From Neocallimastix sp. 'constans' (lineage: Eukaryota): a DNA stretch of 64,000 nucleotides. Under the pieces are notes generated by a model. That model saw nothing but the letters and a program-made list of their open reading frames with translations. It had not been told where the DNA came from and did no database searches. The stretch is from positions 310,001 to 374,000 of the forward strand of contig JBODTK010000143.1 in NCBI GenBank assembly GCA_050613775.1. The letters are read 5' to 3'. Position 1 is the stretch's first letter. Every line of letters starts with the position of its first letter. The translations under genes and the position numbers were made by a program. Shown here one piece after another: positions 1 to 14,707 of the stretch.

Positions 1-1075
1 AATAATAGAAGGAAAAAATGGAAAAAGTACGATATAAATTGATTGTCAAAAAAAAAATAAGAACAAATTATGAAGGTCAAATAATAAATGATATTAAAAA
101 TAATGATTATAATTGTTTTTATATATATGGGAATGGTTTGATTAAATACAAGGAGTAAGGATTATCAAATGGAGCACCATTAATTTATTAGTATTAATAG
201 ATATTTTTGTTAAAAAGATTAATAAGTAGTGGAAGAGTAATAAATATAAATATAACTATAAGTTTTAAAAATGAGAATTCAAATATCAGTTATCCATATA
301 AAAGTTATTTAAAACGTAGTAATGTACGATTATAGATTATCTGATTATTAAAAAAAATAATTTTTATAAAAAAAGTTAATAGAAAAAAATAAATTTAAAT
401 ATAATTTTATTTTTAAAAATAAGAGTTCATATATCAGTATGTAAAGTTATTTAAAATATAGTATTATGTGATTATAAATTATATGATTATTAAAAAAATA
501 GAGTATTAAATAATTATTTAATAATAGATATATTGTTATTTTATTAGTAGCATTAACTTTAAGTAAAAATATATATAGATTATAATAAAATAAGAAAAAA
601 AATAATAAATAAAATAATCATGGAAAATGGAATTAAAATGTATGGATTTTTATGTTTTTAACAGTTGCATGCTCTTTGTAATAACAAACTATTATATAAT
701 AATAGTGATTTAGAGATCCAAAGGATGATTTAAAGTTTAAAAAATATTCATGACAGTAAAAACTTGGAATAAATAAGGATAAAATTAAAAACTTTATTAG
801 CAATTATCATGAATATTTAAAACGTCATTCTTTGGTGTGATCTTCAGCTCTCTTTACAGAAATTATGTACTTAGGGCTAGTACAAATCAATGAAAGAGAA
901 GATCATAATTTTTTTTTCAGATAGTTCAATTCAAACCCTAATCGGAATCCAGAATAAGAATTCCTTTATATTAAAATATGAATTTTATAATCTTGGAGGA
1001 GATGAAATTCGTTGTCTTATGAACTTTTTTTTTTTTTTTGAATTTATTATACAACTATTTTTTTTTGAATATAGC

Positions 1076-1186
<111 letters not shown>

Positions 1187-1312
1187 TCACATTACTATTT
1201 AAAAATATTATTATGTTCAAATTTGGCATATATAATAATAATTATTATTTTTTTTATTCTGTGTTAATAAATGAATAAATAAATAAAATTAAAAGTTTGC
1301 AAGAATTATGGC

Positions 1313-1368
<56 letters not shown>

Positions 1369-1378
1369 ATGTCTTTTT

Positions 1379-1411
<33 letters not shown>

Positions 1412-2288
1412 TTATTTATTTATTTATTTTACTTATTTTAAAAATAATAGTAATAACAAATAATAAATAATACTATTGATTTAACTTTATTAGGTAGCTA
1501 ATATATATATATATATATATAGAAATAGAAATAATAATAATTTAAAAATATTTTTTAAATATTGACTTCTTTTTTGATCTATATACACATAAAAATTTTT
1601 GATATTAATATTCAGTAAAATATAAATTAATGTAAAAGATATAAAAAAAATAAAAGTAATTAATTATTAATAATAAATATTGTTTTATTTTAGTTCCATA
1701 TGCTCTTTATTTTATTTTTTTTTTATTGGTTTATCTTTTTTTTTTTTTGTTTTTTTTTGTTTTTTTTGTTTTTTTGTTTTTTTGCTATTATTATTATTAT
1801 GTATTTATTTCTATTTTTACTTCTATTTTTATTTTATTTTATTTTATTTTATTTTATTTTATTTTATTATATTTTATTTTATTTTATTTTATTCAATCTG
1901 TACTTTATATTTATATTTCTTTATTTAATTTTTATTAATATTTTACTCTTTTATATTACTTCACTATATATTTTATATATCACACTTACAGTTATATTTA
2001 TTTTAACATAATAGAAGATGGGTAGTATGTCTATATTATTAGACAAAAAAAAATAAAGACTTTTTTTTCCATTATAAAATATAATAAATACAATAGTGCT
2101 TTAAATTTATATAATTAAAAAAAAAAAAATTTTTTTTTTTCTTGAATAAAATTTATTTTAATTCCATTTATTTTTAATTTTTTTTTTTATTATAAAAAGA
2201 GTCAAAAATTCCTCATAAAAAAAAGTATATATTTATATATTATATACTAAAAGAACAAGAAATAAGTAGTCTAACGATTTAAAAACAG

Positions 2289-2319
<31 letters not shown>

Positions 2320-2321
2320 TC

Positions 2322-2573
2322 ATGGAAATTGATAAAAAAGATGAGTTTGGGATTCTTAATAATGGGATTGAAAGGATTCTAAAAACGGAAAATATTTCAT
2401 TGAATGATTTAAATATCGATATTCAAAGACTTGAAAATGATAAATATATAAGTGTTATCTCATTAGATATTAACAATAAAAATGAACGCTTTTATACCCT
2501 TGAACCATCATCAATTCATAAAACATTAGATATTTTTTCAAGATGTTTAAAAAAGAAATTAAAACCTAATTGA
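2322..2573 (+). CDS. Small hypothetical protein (83 aa), single exon
   Basis: Normal-complexity ORF MEIDKKDEFG...KKKLKPN after an A-rich leader like those of the other genes here; no recognisable domain. Confidence 0.4.
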   Translation: MEIDKKDEFGILNNGIERILKTENISLNDLNIDIQRLENDKYISVISLDINNKNERFYTLEPSSIHKTLDIFSRCLKKKLKPN

Positions 2574-3163
2574 TAAAGAATAATAAAAAAAAGTTATATA
2601 TTTTCTTAGTATATATATTTTTTTTATTTTTTAATTTTTATTTTTTTTATTATTAATACATTACTAATAATAAAAGTGTACATACATAATAATAAAAATG
2701 ATAAATTAATCTATTTTTATTATAAATAAAAATGAAATGCCATTATATAATGTTTAATGCCTGTTGTAGTGGAAATTAAAAAAAAAAAGTAAAAAATATT
2801 TAGTAGAACTTTATGCCGATATAAATATCATCAATAATAGAGAGATGATAAAACAGCATTATAAGATGTAATGTAATAATGGAAATAAAAATTTGCAAAT
2901 AATAAAAATAAATATATATATATATTTAAAAATTGTTTTTATAGAAAATTTTGTAACAAATAAATAAATAAATAAAAACATTAATATTTATAAATTATAA
3001 AAAATATTATATAGATAATATTATTATATTTTTTATCTTTTTTTTTTTTTTTTATTTTTTCATCTTTTTTTTTTGTTTTTCTTTTTTTTTTTTTTTTTTG
3101 TGTGTGTGTAAATGGTATATATATATTGTGTGCCCATTTTATAAAAAGAAAAAATTTTTTTTC

Positions 3164-3395
3164 ATTTGAAAAGATAAAGTAGAAATGAAAGAAGAAATGA
3201 ACGAAAAAAGAAGAAATAGAACATTTGAAAAGATAAAGTAGAAATAAAAGAAGAAATGAACATAGGAAAGAAGAAACAGTATAATTGAAAAATAAAGTAG
3301 AAATAAAAGAAGAAATGAACATAAGAAAAAAAAAAAAAACAGTATAATTTAAAAGATAAAGTAGAAATAAAAGTAGAAATTAAAGTAGAAATAAA
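3164..3395. repeat. Tandem ~59 bp purine-rich repeat, about 4 copies
   Basis: Recurrent GAAAAGATAAAGTAGAAAT(G/A)AAAGAAGAAATGAAC unit. Confidence 0.7.
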
Positions 3396-3845
3396 AAATT
3401 GATTGAAAAAGAAAAAAAGAAAGTGTTCAAAATATAAAGGAGAAATAATATAAAAAAAAATGGAAAATAAATAAAAATAAAATAGAATTTAAAAAAAAAA
3501 AAAAAATAATAATAATAAAAATAAATTAAAAAAAAAAATGGAAGTAAAAAAAATTAAAAAATTGAAAAAATTAAAAATGGAAGTAAAAAAAAAAATTAAA
3601 AAAATAAATAAATATATATTTATTAATTTATTTTTATTAAATAAAATTAAAATAGTTCATAAATGAAAACTTTTTTATTTTTTTATTCTTTTATTTTTTT
3701 ATTTTTTTTATTTTTTTATTTTTTATTTTTTTTTTTTTTTTATTTTTTATTTTTTATTTTTTTTTTTATTTTTTATTTTTTTATATTTTTTTATTTTTTT
3801 TTTATTTTTTATTTTTTATTTTTTTATTTTTTTTATATTTTTTAT

Positions 3846-3877
<32 letters not shown>

Positions 3878-4610
3878 TTTTTTATTTTTTTTTTTTTTAT
3901 TTTTTTATTTTTTTTTAATATAATTTATTTTTTTTTTATTAATTATTGATTTTTTTTTTCTCTCCAATTCTAACATATATAAATAATAAAAATTATCCAT
4001 TTTGTAAATTTTTTTTATAGAAAAAAATTAATCTTTTGAAATTCTTATCTAAAAGTTATAAAATATATATAAATAAATAAATTAAGTAAACCATGGAAAA
4101 TCCTGAAAATAATAATATTTTCCATAGTATATTTAGAGAGAATAAAAATCTGAAGGCTCACAAGTTCACATAATATTCAAGCGAATATATTTAATGTAGA
4201 ACTTTTTAGACCAGACATGGATAGTTAAATAGGTTTTGACTCTTTTGAATAATTTCTTCTTCACTATTAGTGGAATCCAAGCTAATAAAATGAATTGATA
4301 AGGAACTTTTCAACTCATTTAAACCATTTCAAAAAGAAATGGAACAAATAAGAAAATAAAAAAAAGATCAAAAGATAAAAATATCCTAATATAATATAGG
4401 CAAATATTCATTTTCACAATATTTTTATGAAAGCTACTTGTAATTTCCACAAAAAAAAAAAAAAAAAAAAAAAAAAGCTATAGTTAAAAATTATAGTTTA
4501 CTAATAATTTACATGCTATTATAAATAATTAGTTAAGGAATTACGGTAATAATGTTTTTTACGAATAAAAAAATATGTGCCAAAAAAAAATATTTTAATA
4601 ATTGTGATCA

Positions 4611-4956
4611 TTTCCTTAAATAGACATAATGAGCAACTTTTATTAAAAAATTTAAAATTCTCATACATTTTTCTTTGACATAATATACATAATATTGTGT
4701 CCAGTAAACGATTCTTTCATTAAGAATTTTTTAAGAGTTAGTTGAGACTCTTAATCTGTTAAAAATCATAAATTTATGGTTTATCATTATGTCTATTTTA
4801 TTAATATATTTTATGATATAGAGTTAACTAGTACTTAATTATTCTGAATTAAATGTTTTTTTTTTTTATATTAATACATTATGGCTTCTATATTATTTAT
4901 ATTACTTTATGTTTCAATACTTTCAAAAATTATTTTTCATATATTTCATATATTCT
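4611..4956 (-). mobile_element. Degenerate non-LTR retrotransposon-like fragment (dispersed repeat)
   Basis: Clear homology to 26451-26783 and, in part, 24650-24775. Both longer copies keep a minus-strand CSLCxFKE (CxxC) motif reminiscent of the zinc-binding region C-terminal to LINE reverse transcriptase. Many stops and indels. Confidence 0.45.
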
Positions 4957-5007
4957 AATAATAATATAATAGTATTAATATTAATAATTATAAAAGTTTA
5001 ATTAAAT

Positions 5008-5130
<123 letters not shown>

Positions 5131-5199
5131 ATAATATATATCCTGTTCCTATTAAAAAAAAAAAAAACTTTAACAGTTTAGAAACCATTTTAATTTTAG

Positions 5200-5750
5200 C
5201 TAAAATAAGTAAAGATCTAGGTTCTGTTAGGATAATAAAATATGTTATAGAAGACAATAGTATATATACTCTTACAGAATTATTGGAATCTTCAAATATA
5301 CCATCAGTATATAATATTATATACTATATTTATACTTTTAATTAAAATATATATATATATAAAATATATTCATCTTAGAAAAAAATAAATAGTGAAGAAT
5401 GTGTAAAATATTATAAAGTCTTTAAAAAATTTTTTTATTTTGCTTATAGAACTTTTCAAGATTATAAAAGTAATTAAAATTTGTTATATATATATACATT
5501 TCTTTATAATTAAAACGTTGATGTAAACTATACCTACAAATATATATATTTATATTTATTTGACGAATCTTTTATATATATATATATATATATTTGTAGG
5601 TATAGATTCATCTAATAAATTTATATATATAGAAAAAGAGAGGGAAGATTCATCCTTTAAATAACTGCCTTTAAGCTTAAAAGAAATTGATCAAATTAAA
5701 GCTATTATCTCTAATTATTTTATCTTCCTAATTAAAAAAAAAAAAAGTAC
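5200..5750 (+). pseudogene. Spliced gene remnant of unknown family
   Basis: Three phase-compatible exon-like blocks (KISKDLGSVRIIKYVIEDNSIYTLTELLESSNIPS / KKINSEECVKYYKVFKKFFYFAYRTFQDYK / KEREDSSFK*LPLSLKEIDQIKAIISNYF) with an in-frame TAA; no start exon found. Confidence 0.3.
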
Positions 5751-6273
5751 ATGTTTTAGAATAAGCAGATAAAGAAATAGGAAAAAATATTATTTTAATC
5801 TATAATTTTATACAAAAAATAATCATAGTAAAAAATTTATAATAATAATAATAATTAAAAAAATAATTAAAAAAAATAATAATAAAAAAATAATAAATAG
5901 TTATATAAATAAGTAAATAAATAAATTATTCTTTTATTGATAAAATATAACTACTATTTTATCATAATATATACAATAAATAATTAATTAATAATACATA
6001 ATATATTTAATAAATATTAATAATATTGTTTTATTCTTATGTTTGTTTGTTTGTTTTTATATACAATAGTTTAAACCATATATAAATATAATAATATTAT
6101 GAATATTAGCATATAAATGTTGATATTAATCATTATGACAAATACTCGTAATAAAAAAAAATAATAAAAATTAAAATAAAAAATAAAATTATATTATCAT
6201 CATATATATAATGATAATAAACTTTATAATAAAATATAATATTTATATATTGTTTAAATAAAAAATATCAAAA

Positions 6274-6312
<39 letters not shown>

Positions 6313-6731
6313 AATATTTAAGAATGTTTATTAAATAATAATAATAATAATAATAATCTTTTATAACAATGGATTTTGGTATAATATTATTTAGTTTTAT
6401 TAATAAAAAGATAGCTTAATTATTGAAATATATTATTATTGGTATAAATGCTTTTTGTTATTATTTTTTTTTTTCTTTCTTTCTTTCTTACTTTTTAATA
6501 TAAATTAAATATAAATTAGATATTACGTTCATCAAGTTTTATTTAACATTTTATTAATGATTTGGATAGTTATATATATATATATATAACAGAATATAAC
6601 AGGATGGTTTTTTAGTCATCGTTTAATCTTTTAATATAGATTAAATTTCCAATCAAAGATTTATATTTATAAAAAAAATAAATTAATAGTAGATAATACA
6701 TTAAGAAAAAAAAAAAAAAAAAATGGCTTTT

Positions 6732-6863
6732 TTATTTCTTTTGATTTTCATTTGCTCTTTTTTTGGCTTCATTGATAAATTCTCTTCGTCTTTATAAATA
6801 GTATATATAATATTTCATTGTGTTATAAAAAGTATATATATAATATATAAAATAAATAATATT

Positions 6864-6900
<37 letters not shown>

Positions 6901-7560
6901 TAAAATTAGATATATAAAATTCAAAATAAAATAAAAATAATATAACATAATATAATATAATATAATATAAAAAAAAAAAAAAAAAAATATTTAATAATAA
7001 TTAAGTATATTTATTATTAATTTATACCTTCTAAATGAAACTAAAGATTTTGGTAGTGGTGGTAATTTTTTATTGATTGTATTTGCTGCTCTTTCAGCAA
7101 AATATTTTGATAAGTCACCATCATATTTTTCAATAAGTTCCCTCATAGAAAGTGAAAGTATATCACCACCAAAAGAATTCATAATAGCACGATTTCTATA
7201 TAAATTTAGTTGATACTGTTTTTCTAATTTTTGTCTTAACTTTTCTCCTCTTTTAAGTCCTTTTTTATTTTTTTTATTTTTTTTATTTTTATTTTTTATT
7301 TTTTATTTTTTTTTTTAGTTAATCGTTTGTTTGTTTGTTTATATAAAAAAAATATTTAATAATAAATAAGTATTATAAAATATTTAAAAAAACATTATAT
7401 AAAAGAGTTATAAAATCTATAAATGAAAAAAATTTTTTTTTCTTGATTTACCTTCACTATGAATTCTTTTTAATTCTTCTATTTTTTTTATATGATTATA
7501 TTTTAAATTTTCCACTGCTTTTTCATTGGTATAATTTTGCATTTTAATATCTTTGTTCAT
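6732..7560 (-). CDS. Nbl1/Borealin N-terminal-like protein (132 aa; exons 7452-7560, 7028-7259, 6732-6789)
   Basis: Three exons join in frame through GT-AG introns. The helical segment ...EGLKRGEKLRQKLEKQYQLNLYRNRAIMNSFGGDILSLSMRELIEKYDGD resembles the Nbl1_Borealin_N pattern (recognised by eye). Gene structure is more certain than the product. Confidence 0.55.
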
Positions 7561-8664
7561 TTTTGAATAATTATAATTATTATGTTATTATATTAAAACA
7601 AAAAATCAATCAAAATCAATTAAATTAGAATTTTTTAAATAAATTTTATATAATAATGAAAAAATGAAAGAAACAATTTTATAAATTATAAAAATTATAC
7701 ATATAAATTTATAAAAATTTAATTTTTAAGATTTTTAAATCAATTTCAAATATAACAAAAAAAAAAAAAATAAATAAAATAATTATAATAATTTATAAAA
7801 ATATATTATAAAAATATATATATATGATTTATAAATATAATTTTCTTATTTAATATTTTAATAAAAAAAAAATAAAATAAAATAAAAAGTTAAATTTTTA
7901 AAAATTTTAAAATTTTGGCACGGATTGTACCCAATAAATTATATATATGATTAGAAAATAAAAAAGAAATAAAATAAAAAAAAATTTATAAAATAAAATA
8001 AAATAAAAATAATATAATATATTTAGTTATAAAATATATATATATATAATATTAAAATAAAAATAATAAAATAAGATACAAATAAAACAACACTTGTCTA
8101 TTATTTATTATTTTCTAATATATAAATTTCTTTTATATTCACACATAATCACTTCTAATAAACAAAATAAAAATAAAAAATAAAAATTTAAATATAGTTT
8201 TTTTGCTAACATTTAATATTTAGTTGAATAAATTTTTAAATTTTTAATTGTTTTATTAATCAATTAAACTGATTAATGAAATGCAAAATAATTAATGAAT
8301 TATAAAATATAAAAATAAAATATAAAATATAAAAGTTTTATTATTTATTCATTCACTTTTTTATTTCTAATAAAGAATACAAGTTTTAATGATGATGATT
8401 AATTTATTAATTAAAATAAAAATAAAAATAAAAATATTAAAAAAATTATCAATACCAAATAATTTATCATAATATAAAAAAAAACATAAGAAAAAATAAT
8501 GGAACTGATTATTATTAAATGAAGAAAAAAATAAAAATTTATATATAAAAAAAAAATAATAAAAAATAAAAAATAAAGATTTATAAAATCAACATTTTAT
8601 AATTTATTAAAATATTAAAAGCACTTGACAATGAACTGTTTATTATTAAATGATGAAAATAAAA

Positions 8665-8700
<36 letters not shown>

Positions 8701-9041
8701 CTATCATTATTATATGTTTAATATAATTTATTTAAATTATTAAAGGTAAAAATTTAATAATTGAAGAAAAAAATAATAATAATTCAAATAAATATTTAAA
8801 ATAAAATAATAATAATAATATTTAAATAATGTCTATAATTTGTTGTAATATTACATATATATGAATTTTAAATCTAAAGAAAAAAAATTATTGTTAAATA
8901 AATTGAAAATATTTAATTGAAAAGTATTAAATAAATAATAAATTTTAAAACTTTTATATCTTTTATATAATATATTTTTTAATAAATTATATATAATTTA
9001 TATATATATATATCATTCATAATAAATTCTTGAAAATTAAT

Positions 9042-10063
9042 CTAATTCTTTTTTTTAGTAATTTTTGTATTCTTGCTTTGAATCTTCTTCTTTAATTTAC
9101 TCATGATATCATCATTCTTACTGACAGTAGCATTAGACTTTGATTTATTATTATTAGCTTTAGCACCTGTTTTCTTATTTCCTTTAGCATTACCACCTAC
9201 TTTTCCTTTCTTATTATTATTATTATTTTTATTATTATTTTTCTTATTATTTTGATTATTACTTAATTTTTTACTAAGTTGACGTATAGCATCATTAATC
9301 TTATTTTCATTTAATCCACCAACAGTTGGACCAGTTGTTTTAGCCTTTTTAATAATTTTAGCTTTTGGTTTTGGTTTGGCTTCAGCAGTTGAATTTTCAT
9401 CCTTTTTATTATTATTATTTTTAGCCTTAGCTTTATTATTATTAGTATTGGTATTCGAATTCTTAGCATTACCCTTTTTAGCATTCTTTGGTTGTTGTTT
9501 TCCAGTTTCCTTGTTAGCTTTTACACCTTGTTTAGCCTTTTTATCTAATTCATTTCTTATATTTTCTGGAACATTATACCATGTAGCATCAACTTTAATT
9601 TTTTTTTTTTTTTTTGTTATATTCATATATATATAATTATATAATATATAACAATGATTTTTATTAATGAATTTTTATTTTCATTTATTTATATAAAAAT
9701 ATATAAAAATGAAAAGAAAATTCAAATTAATTATTTTTTTTTTTTATTATTTGAAATCATTAAATACAAATTTCTTTTTTTTTTTTTTTTTTAAATTATA
9801 TTTTTAAAAATATAATAATTATAATAATAATAATAAATTAAATATATATTTATTATTATTATCAATAATTATTTACCACCAAGTTTAGCTAATTCACCGA
9901 TTCTCTGCTTATCCACATCAGATAATTTATCATATCCTCTTATTTTTTCTGGTGTAATTTCTAAAATTTTTTCTACCATCTTTATTTTTTACCATTCATT
10001 AAATTGAAATTATAAATTATATTTAATTTATTATTTAAATAAATAGAATAAAATAGTATAAAG

Positions 10064-10123
<60 letters not shown>

Positions 10124-10904
10124 ATTTATAACAATTAATTTATGGTTATAAAATTTAATGTATTAATATATATAATTGAAATTGAATTGATATAAACCTT
10201 AAAGCAATCAAAATGCCACCATCTTTTAATGAATTGAAAATAATAATAACAATAATAATAATAAAATATAAAAAATAGTTTTATAAAATTAATATATTAA
10301 TTCATTGATAATATATATAAATATATGAGCATATTTTATATAAATAACAGTCTAATAAATACCTATAAGTAGCCATACTCTTTTTAACCTTTAATATATA
10401 TATATACATTAATTAAAAAAAAAAAAAAAAAAAAAAATAGTATAAAAAATTTAATATAATATGATTTATTTAAACATATCACAATATATTGAAAAATATT
10501 TATATTTCATTATATAATAAACGAAATTTATAAAAATAACCTTTTTTGAAAAACGAGATAATTCACCGATTCTTAAACCATGACGTTTTATAACTTTATT
10601 ACATTCAGTACACTAATGAATATTAATAATATTATTATTATTTATAATAATAAAGAAATTAATTAATCAAAACTTATAAATTACAAAATACTTTTTCAAA
10701 GTTTATAAATAATAATAATAATAATAATAAATAAATAAATAATAAATTAATAAATTTCATTGAATTTCATTGAAAAATTTAATTTTAAATATCTCCATCT
10801 GAATATTTTTTATATTGTAATAATTTTATTATTGAACAAATGTCTTTGATAATAACTTTTGACTTTTCAGTTTGAGCATATTCAAAGCAGTAAGTAATTA
10901 ACAT
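9042..10904 (-). CDS. PARP-type zinc finger protein with Lys/Asn-rich C-terminal tail (274 aa; exons 10857-10904, 10541-10612, 10363-10388, 10198-10222, 9877-9979, 9042-9592)
   Basis: Six exons splice in frame to MLITYCFEYAQTEKSKCTECNKVIKRHGLRIG...RWWHFDCFK...IRGYDKLSDVDKQRI, the zf-PARP signature (EYA..S.CxxC...I....LRIG...WxHxxC...G.D.L...D...I). Confidence 0.85.
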
Positions 10905-13028
10905 TTTTTGATATTATTATAATTATATCAAAATATAAATAACTTTTTTTTTTTTTTTGTGATAAAAATATTTAAAATAAATATATATATATATTATAAA
11001 TATATATCTTTTAATTTTTCTGTTATATATAATATAAAAAAATTCAAATTTTAAAGAAAATTAAAAAAAAAAAAAAAAATTAAAATTTTTTTGATTGATT
11101 TTTACCAATCATCATTTATTAAAAAAAATTTTTTTAATATAATAAATTTTATTTTTTTTTATTTTAAACTGAGATTAACAAGAGGGGAGAGTTCAATAGA
11201 GCCATACCATATTATTACAATATAACAATAAAAACATATATATGAAAGTAAAAAAAATAAAAAAATATAGATTTTATTATAAATTAAATATAAAAGAAAT
11301 ATAATAAAAAAAATTTTTTTTAAAAAAATTATGTATATAATGAAAATTTGAATTTATTATTTCGAACATCTCTTCGTTTTATTTTAAATATTTAAAATTA
11401 ATAATTCAATATAGTATATAATATATATATATATATATATGAAATTTAATGAAAATAAAATTCAATTTTGAAATTTCGATTATTTTTTTTTCTTTATAAA
11501 ACCATTAATTAATTTTTAAAAATTTTTGAAATCTTAATATGCATACATAGTAAATTATAAGAATAGTAATAAAAAATAAAACTTATTGTATATATATATA
11601 TATATATTTATATTACGTAATAATCCTCTATAAAAATTCTTCTATTTTCCTAAAATATCTCTCGGTCTCAAAAACCAAGTAATTTTTGTTTATGCTATAT
11701 TTTATCTTCATTCACACTTTCAGGACTGTATTTAATTTATATTAGTATATATATATATAAGTGTATGCTTAATATATAAAGATTTTATTTGTTAATAATA
11801 TATAAAAAAATAGCATTTATGAATTAAGTATTCGCAAGATATACAGTATCTATAATTTATATGTATATTTTAAAAATATATATATATATATTTCAAAAAA
11901 AAATTTTTCGAAATTTTAAATAAAAAAAACATATATATATTAATTATATTGAACATACCATTGAGTTCATTATAAATATAATCCTATTTTACTCTGGTAA
12001 CTATATAATATAAACAAAAATATATCTAAATTTTGAATAAGCTTATATAAATTTTCATAATATTATATATTGTTGAATTATATTTGTGTTAATTGTATCT
12101 TTTTAAAGAAAAGAGAAATATACATAATAAGGAAATAAGTTTACATAAAAATTACTTTCAGATATTTTTTTTTCATTGTGATAATATTTATAATATTATT
12201 AAATATTATACGTTGAAAATTAAATAAAATTCCAAATTCTTTTGTTTATTATGTTTTGTTTTTCTATTCATATAAAAAAAAAAAAAAAAAATGCAAATTC
12301 TTTTGTTTGCATTGTATTATTTTTCTATTAAAAATTAAAATCTATATTTATAAATATTATTTTAATATTACATGTTTAATTAGTATATTATATATTTTTT
12401 ATATTGAACTTTTTAATACTTTTTAATTCAAATAGAAGTTAAATTTAAAATTAGTTTAAATATATTAAATTATTTATTAATATATTTTTTATATCATAAG
12501 TAAGATACAAGAAATAACGTAATTTATATAATATTTATCAATTATTTTTTTTTAAAAAAAAATAAATTATACATAATATTAAATATATTATTTATATATA
12601 AAATTTATTTATAACTGTAAAAAATTAAATCAACATTCTTAAAAAATTTCATTTTTATATATATATATTATTTTTATATAAAAAATTTTTAAAAAAAAAA
12701 TATAAAAAATTTTTAAAAATATTAATACAAATATATATATATATATATATAACATTAAGATTATATTTAATATTTATATTTATATTTATATTTATATTTA
12801 TATTTATTTACTTATTTTTTCATACATATTTTTAATAATTAATAATTACTTTAATTTCAATAATCTAACCCGTTATTAATCAAAAGTGAAAGGGTTAGTA
12901 TTTAATTTTTTCTCATAATAAAAATTGATTTTGTATTACTATTTGAAACATGTAGAGTACAAAAATATTATATAAATTTATTAAAGGATTTATTTTTAAA
13001 ATAAGCTTTAGGATATTCAATTTTCTTT

Positions 13029-13325
13029 TTAATAACGGCATATAATATAAACTTTTATTATTTTTTGTTAAATTTATTTAAAAAAAGATTAGGAAGTCAT
13101 TATTAGGAATACGTATAAGATAATATTAACTATACAATTGTTAATATATTAGATTTTTTAATTAAGACTTACACGCATGAATAATTCCACCAATATATAT
13201 TCCTAATATTGTTAATAAAACATTAATAGCAAGATCTTTACCACATCCTCTATAATTAAATAATTTAATAATAATAATTAATTAATTATTATTTATTATA
13301 TATATAAAATCTACTTAAATTAACC

Positions 13326-13357
<32 letters not shown>

Positions 13358-13465
13358 TATATCATATAATATGAATTATTATTATTACCTCTCAAGAAAT
13401 ACTCCTAATGGAGGAAAAATTAAAGCAAAAATGACCTTAAAAATATCACTGACAGTTAAAGGCAT
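13029..13465 (-). CDS. PMP3: PMP3/RCI2-family plasma membrane proteolipid (exons 13389-13465, 13173-13249, 13029-13051)
   Basis: Spliced product MPLTVSDIFKVIFALIFPPLGVFLERGCGKDLAINVLLTILGIYIGGIIHAFYIICRY has the PPLGV..ERGCG.D..IN.LLT.LG...GIIHA.Y family signature. Confidence 0.92.
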
Positions 13466-14396
13466 TATTAAAGAAAGGTAATCAATAAATTGGGATATAG
13501 TATATTTAAAATAGTAAATGTAGTAAATGTATTAAATATAAATATATATATTTTTATATATTTTTATAAAATATTATTTCATTTATTTTCTAATTTTATT
13601 TAAAAAAAATGTCGTTATTTATATAAAATTGGTTTTAGACTATTTTTATAAATATAACAAGTATTTTATTGTAAATATTATAATAAATAAAAACAGAAAA
13701 AATAAGCTTTTAAAAATAATTAAACTAAATGAATAATTCAATTAAATAAATGTTTAACAAATGTGCTAATAAATATTTTATAATTATTAATTATAAAAAT
13801 TAATAATAAATCATAGAAATTTTATTATTCATTAATATTGAAAAAGTTAATGGTATGACTATTTCTTACTAAATTAAACTCTTATAAGAAATAATTAAAT
13901 AATAAGAAAATATTGATTTAAAATTGTATTGATACTTTAGTATTAATAAATTTTAATAAACTAAAAAACATACAAATAAGGTAGCAATAATAAAAAAAAA
14001 AAGAGCTTAATATGTGTTTTTTTTTTATTTAACTATAAATTTAAACTTTTCTTCTTTTTTATGAATAATGATGCTATATATAATAAAACTGAAATAAAAA
14101 TTAATAATTCGTAATATTAATTATAATATAATAATGCTAATAATGATGATAATAGTTAATTAAAAATAAATAAATATTGTTATTAATAGGATCAATTAAA
14201 CATTAATACAAATAAACATTAATAATAACATCATTATTCGTGTTAAAAAATAAAAGTAAAATGACTTTAAAAGAAATATTCTAAATTACATTAAAATTGA
14301 ATTTTTTTTTTTTTTTTAATTCTAATATTGAAGTTTATACCTAATAAATACTAGCACGTAAATAAAATTTTATATGTTTTTATATTTGATTTTTCT

Positions 14397-14443
<47 letters not shown>

Positions 14444-14707
14444 CATTTTATATTTTTTTATTTATTTTTTATTTAAGCTTTGATAACAGGAATAACATTT
14501 TAATTTGTTAATAGTGTTAAAAGTCGACTCAAAACTTGATTACTTTAAAAAAGTAAAAAAAAAAAAAATTATGAAATTTATTAAATGAACTGATAGAAAT
14601 GATAAATTATATAATTGTATGATAAGAAAAAAGAAAATAATAAATAATAATAATATATAATGAAAAATTAATTTTAATTATTCCATTAAATATATTATTC
14701 TTAAAAA

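Noticed and set aside
263..500. Diverged ~150 bp-period direct repeat
   Set aside because: Real but an ordinary local duplication with no element hallmarks.
620..1024. Coding-like patch (similar patch at 4093-4450)
   Set aside because: Broken frames with no diagnostic motif; probably decayed transposon sequence but cannot be supported.
1680..3923. Phe/Tyr/Ile-rich ORFs at 1680-2011, 2981-3322 and 3663-3923
   Set aside because: T-rich low-complexity DNA lacking stops by composition.
11617..12002. Exon-like minus-strand blocks
   Set aside because: The AG/GT-bounded block at ~11960-12000 has stops in all three frames and no family is recognisable.
13089..13129. Alternative last exon for PMP3 (FNIILYVFLIMTS)
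   Set aside because: Needs a 43-nt intron, much shorter than the others here; the distal exon gives the canonical family ending.
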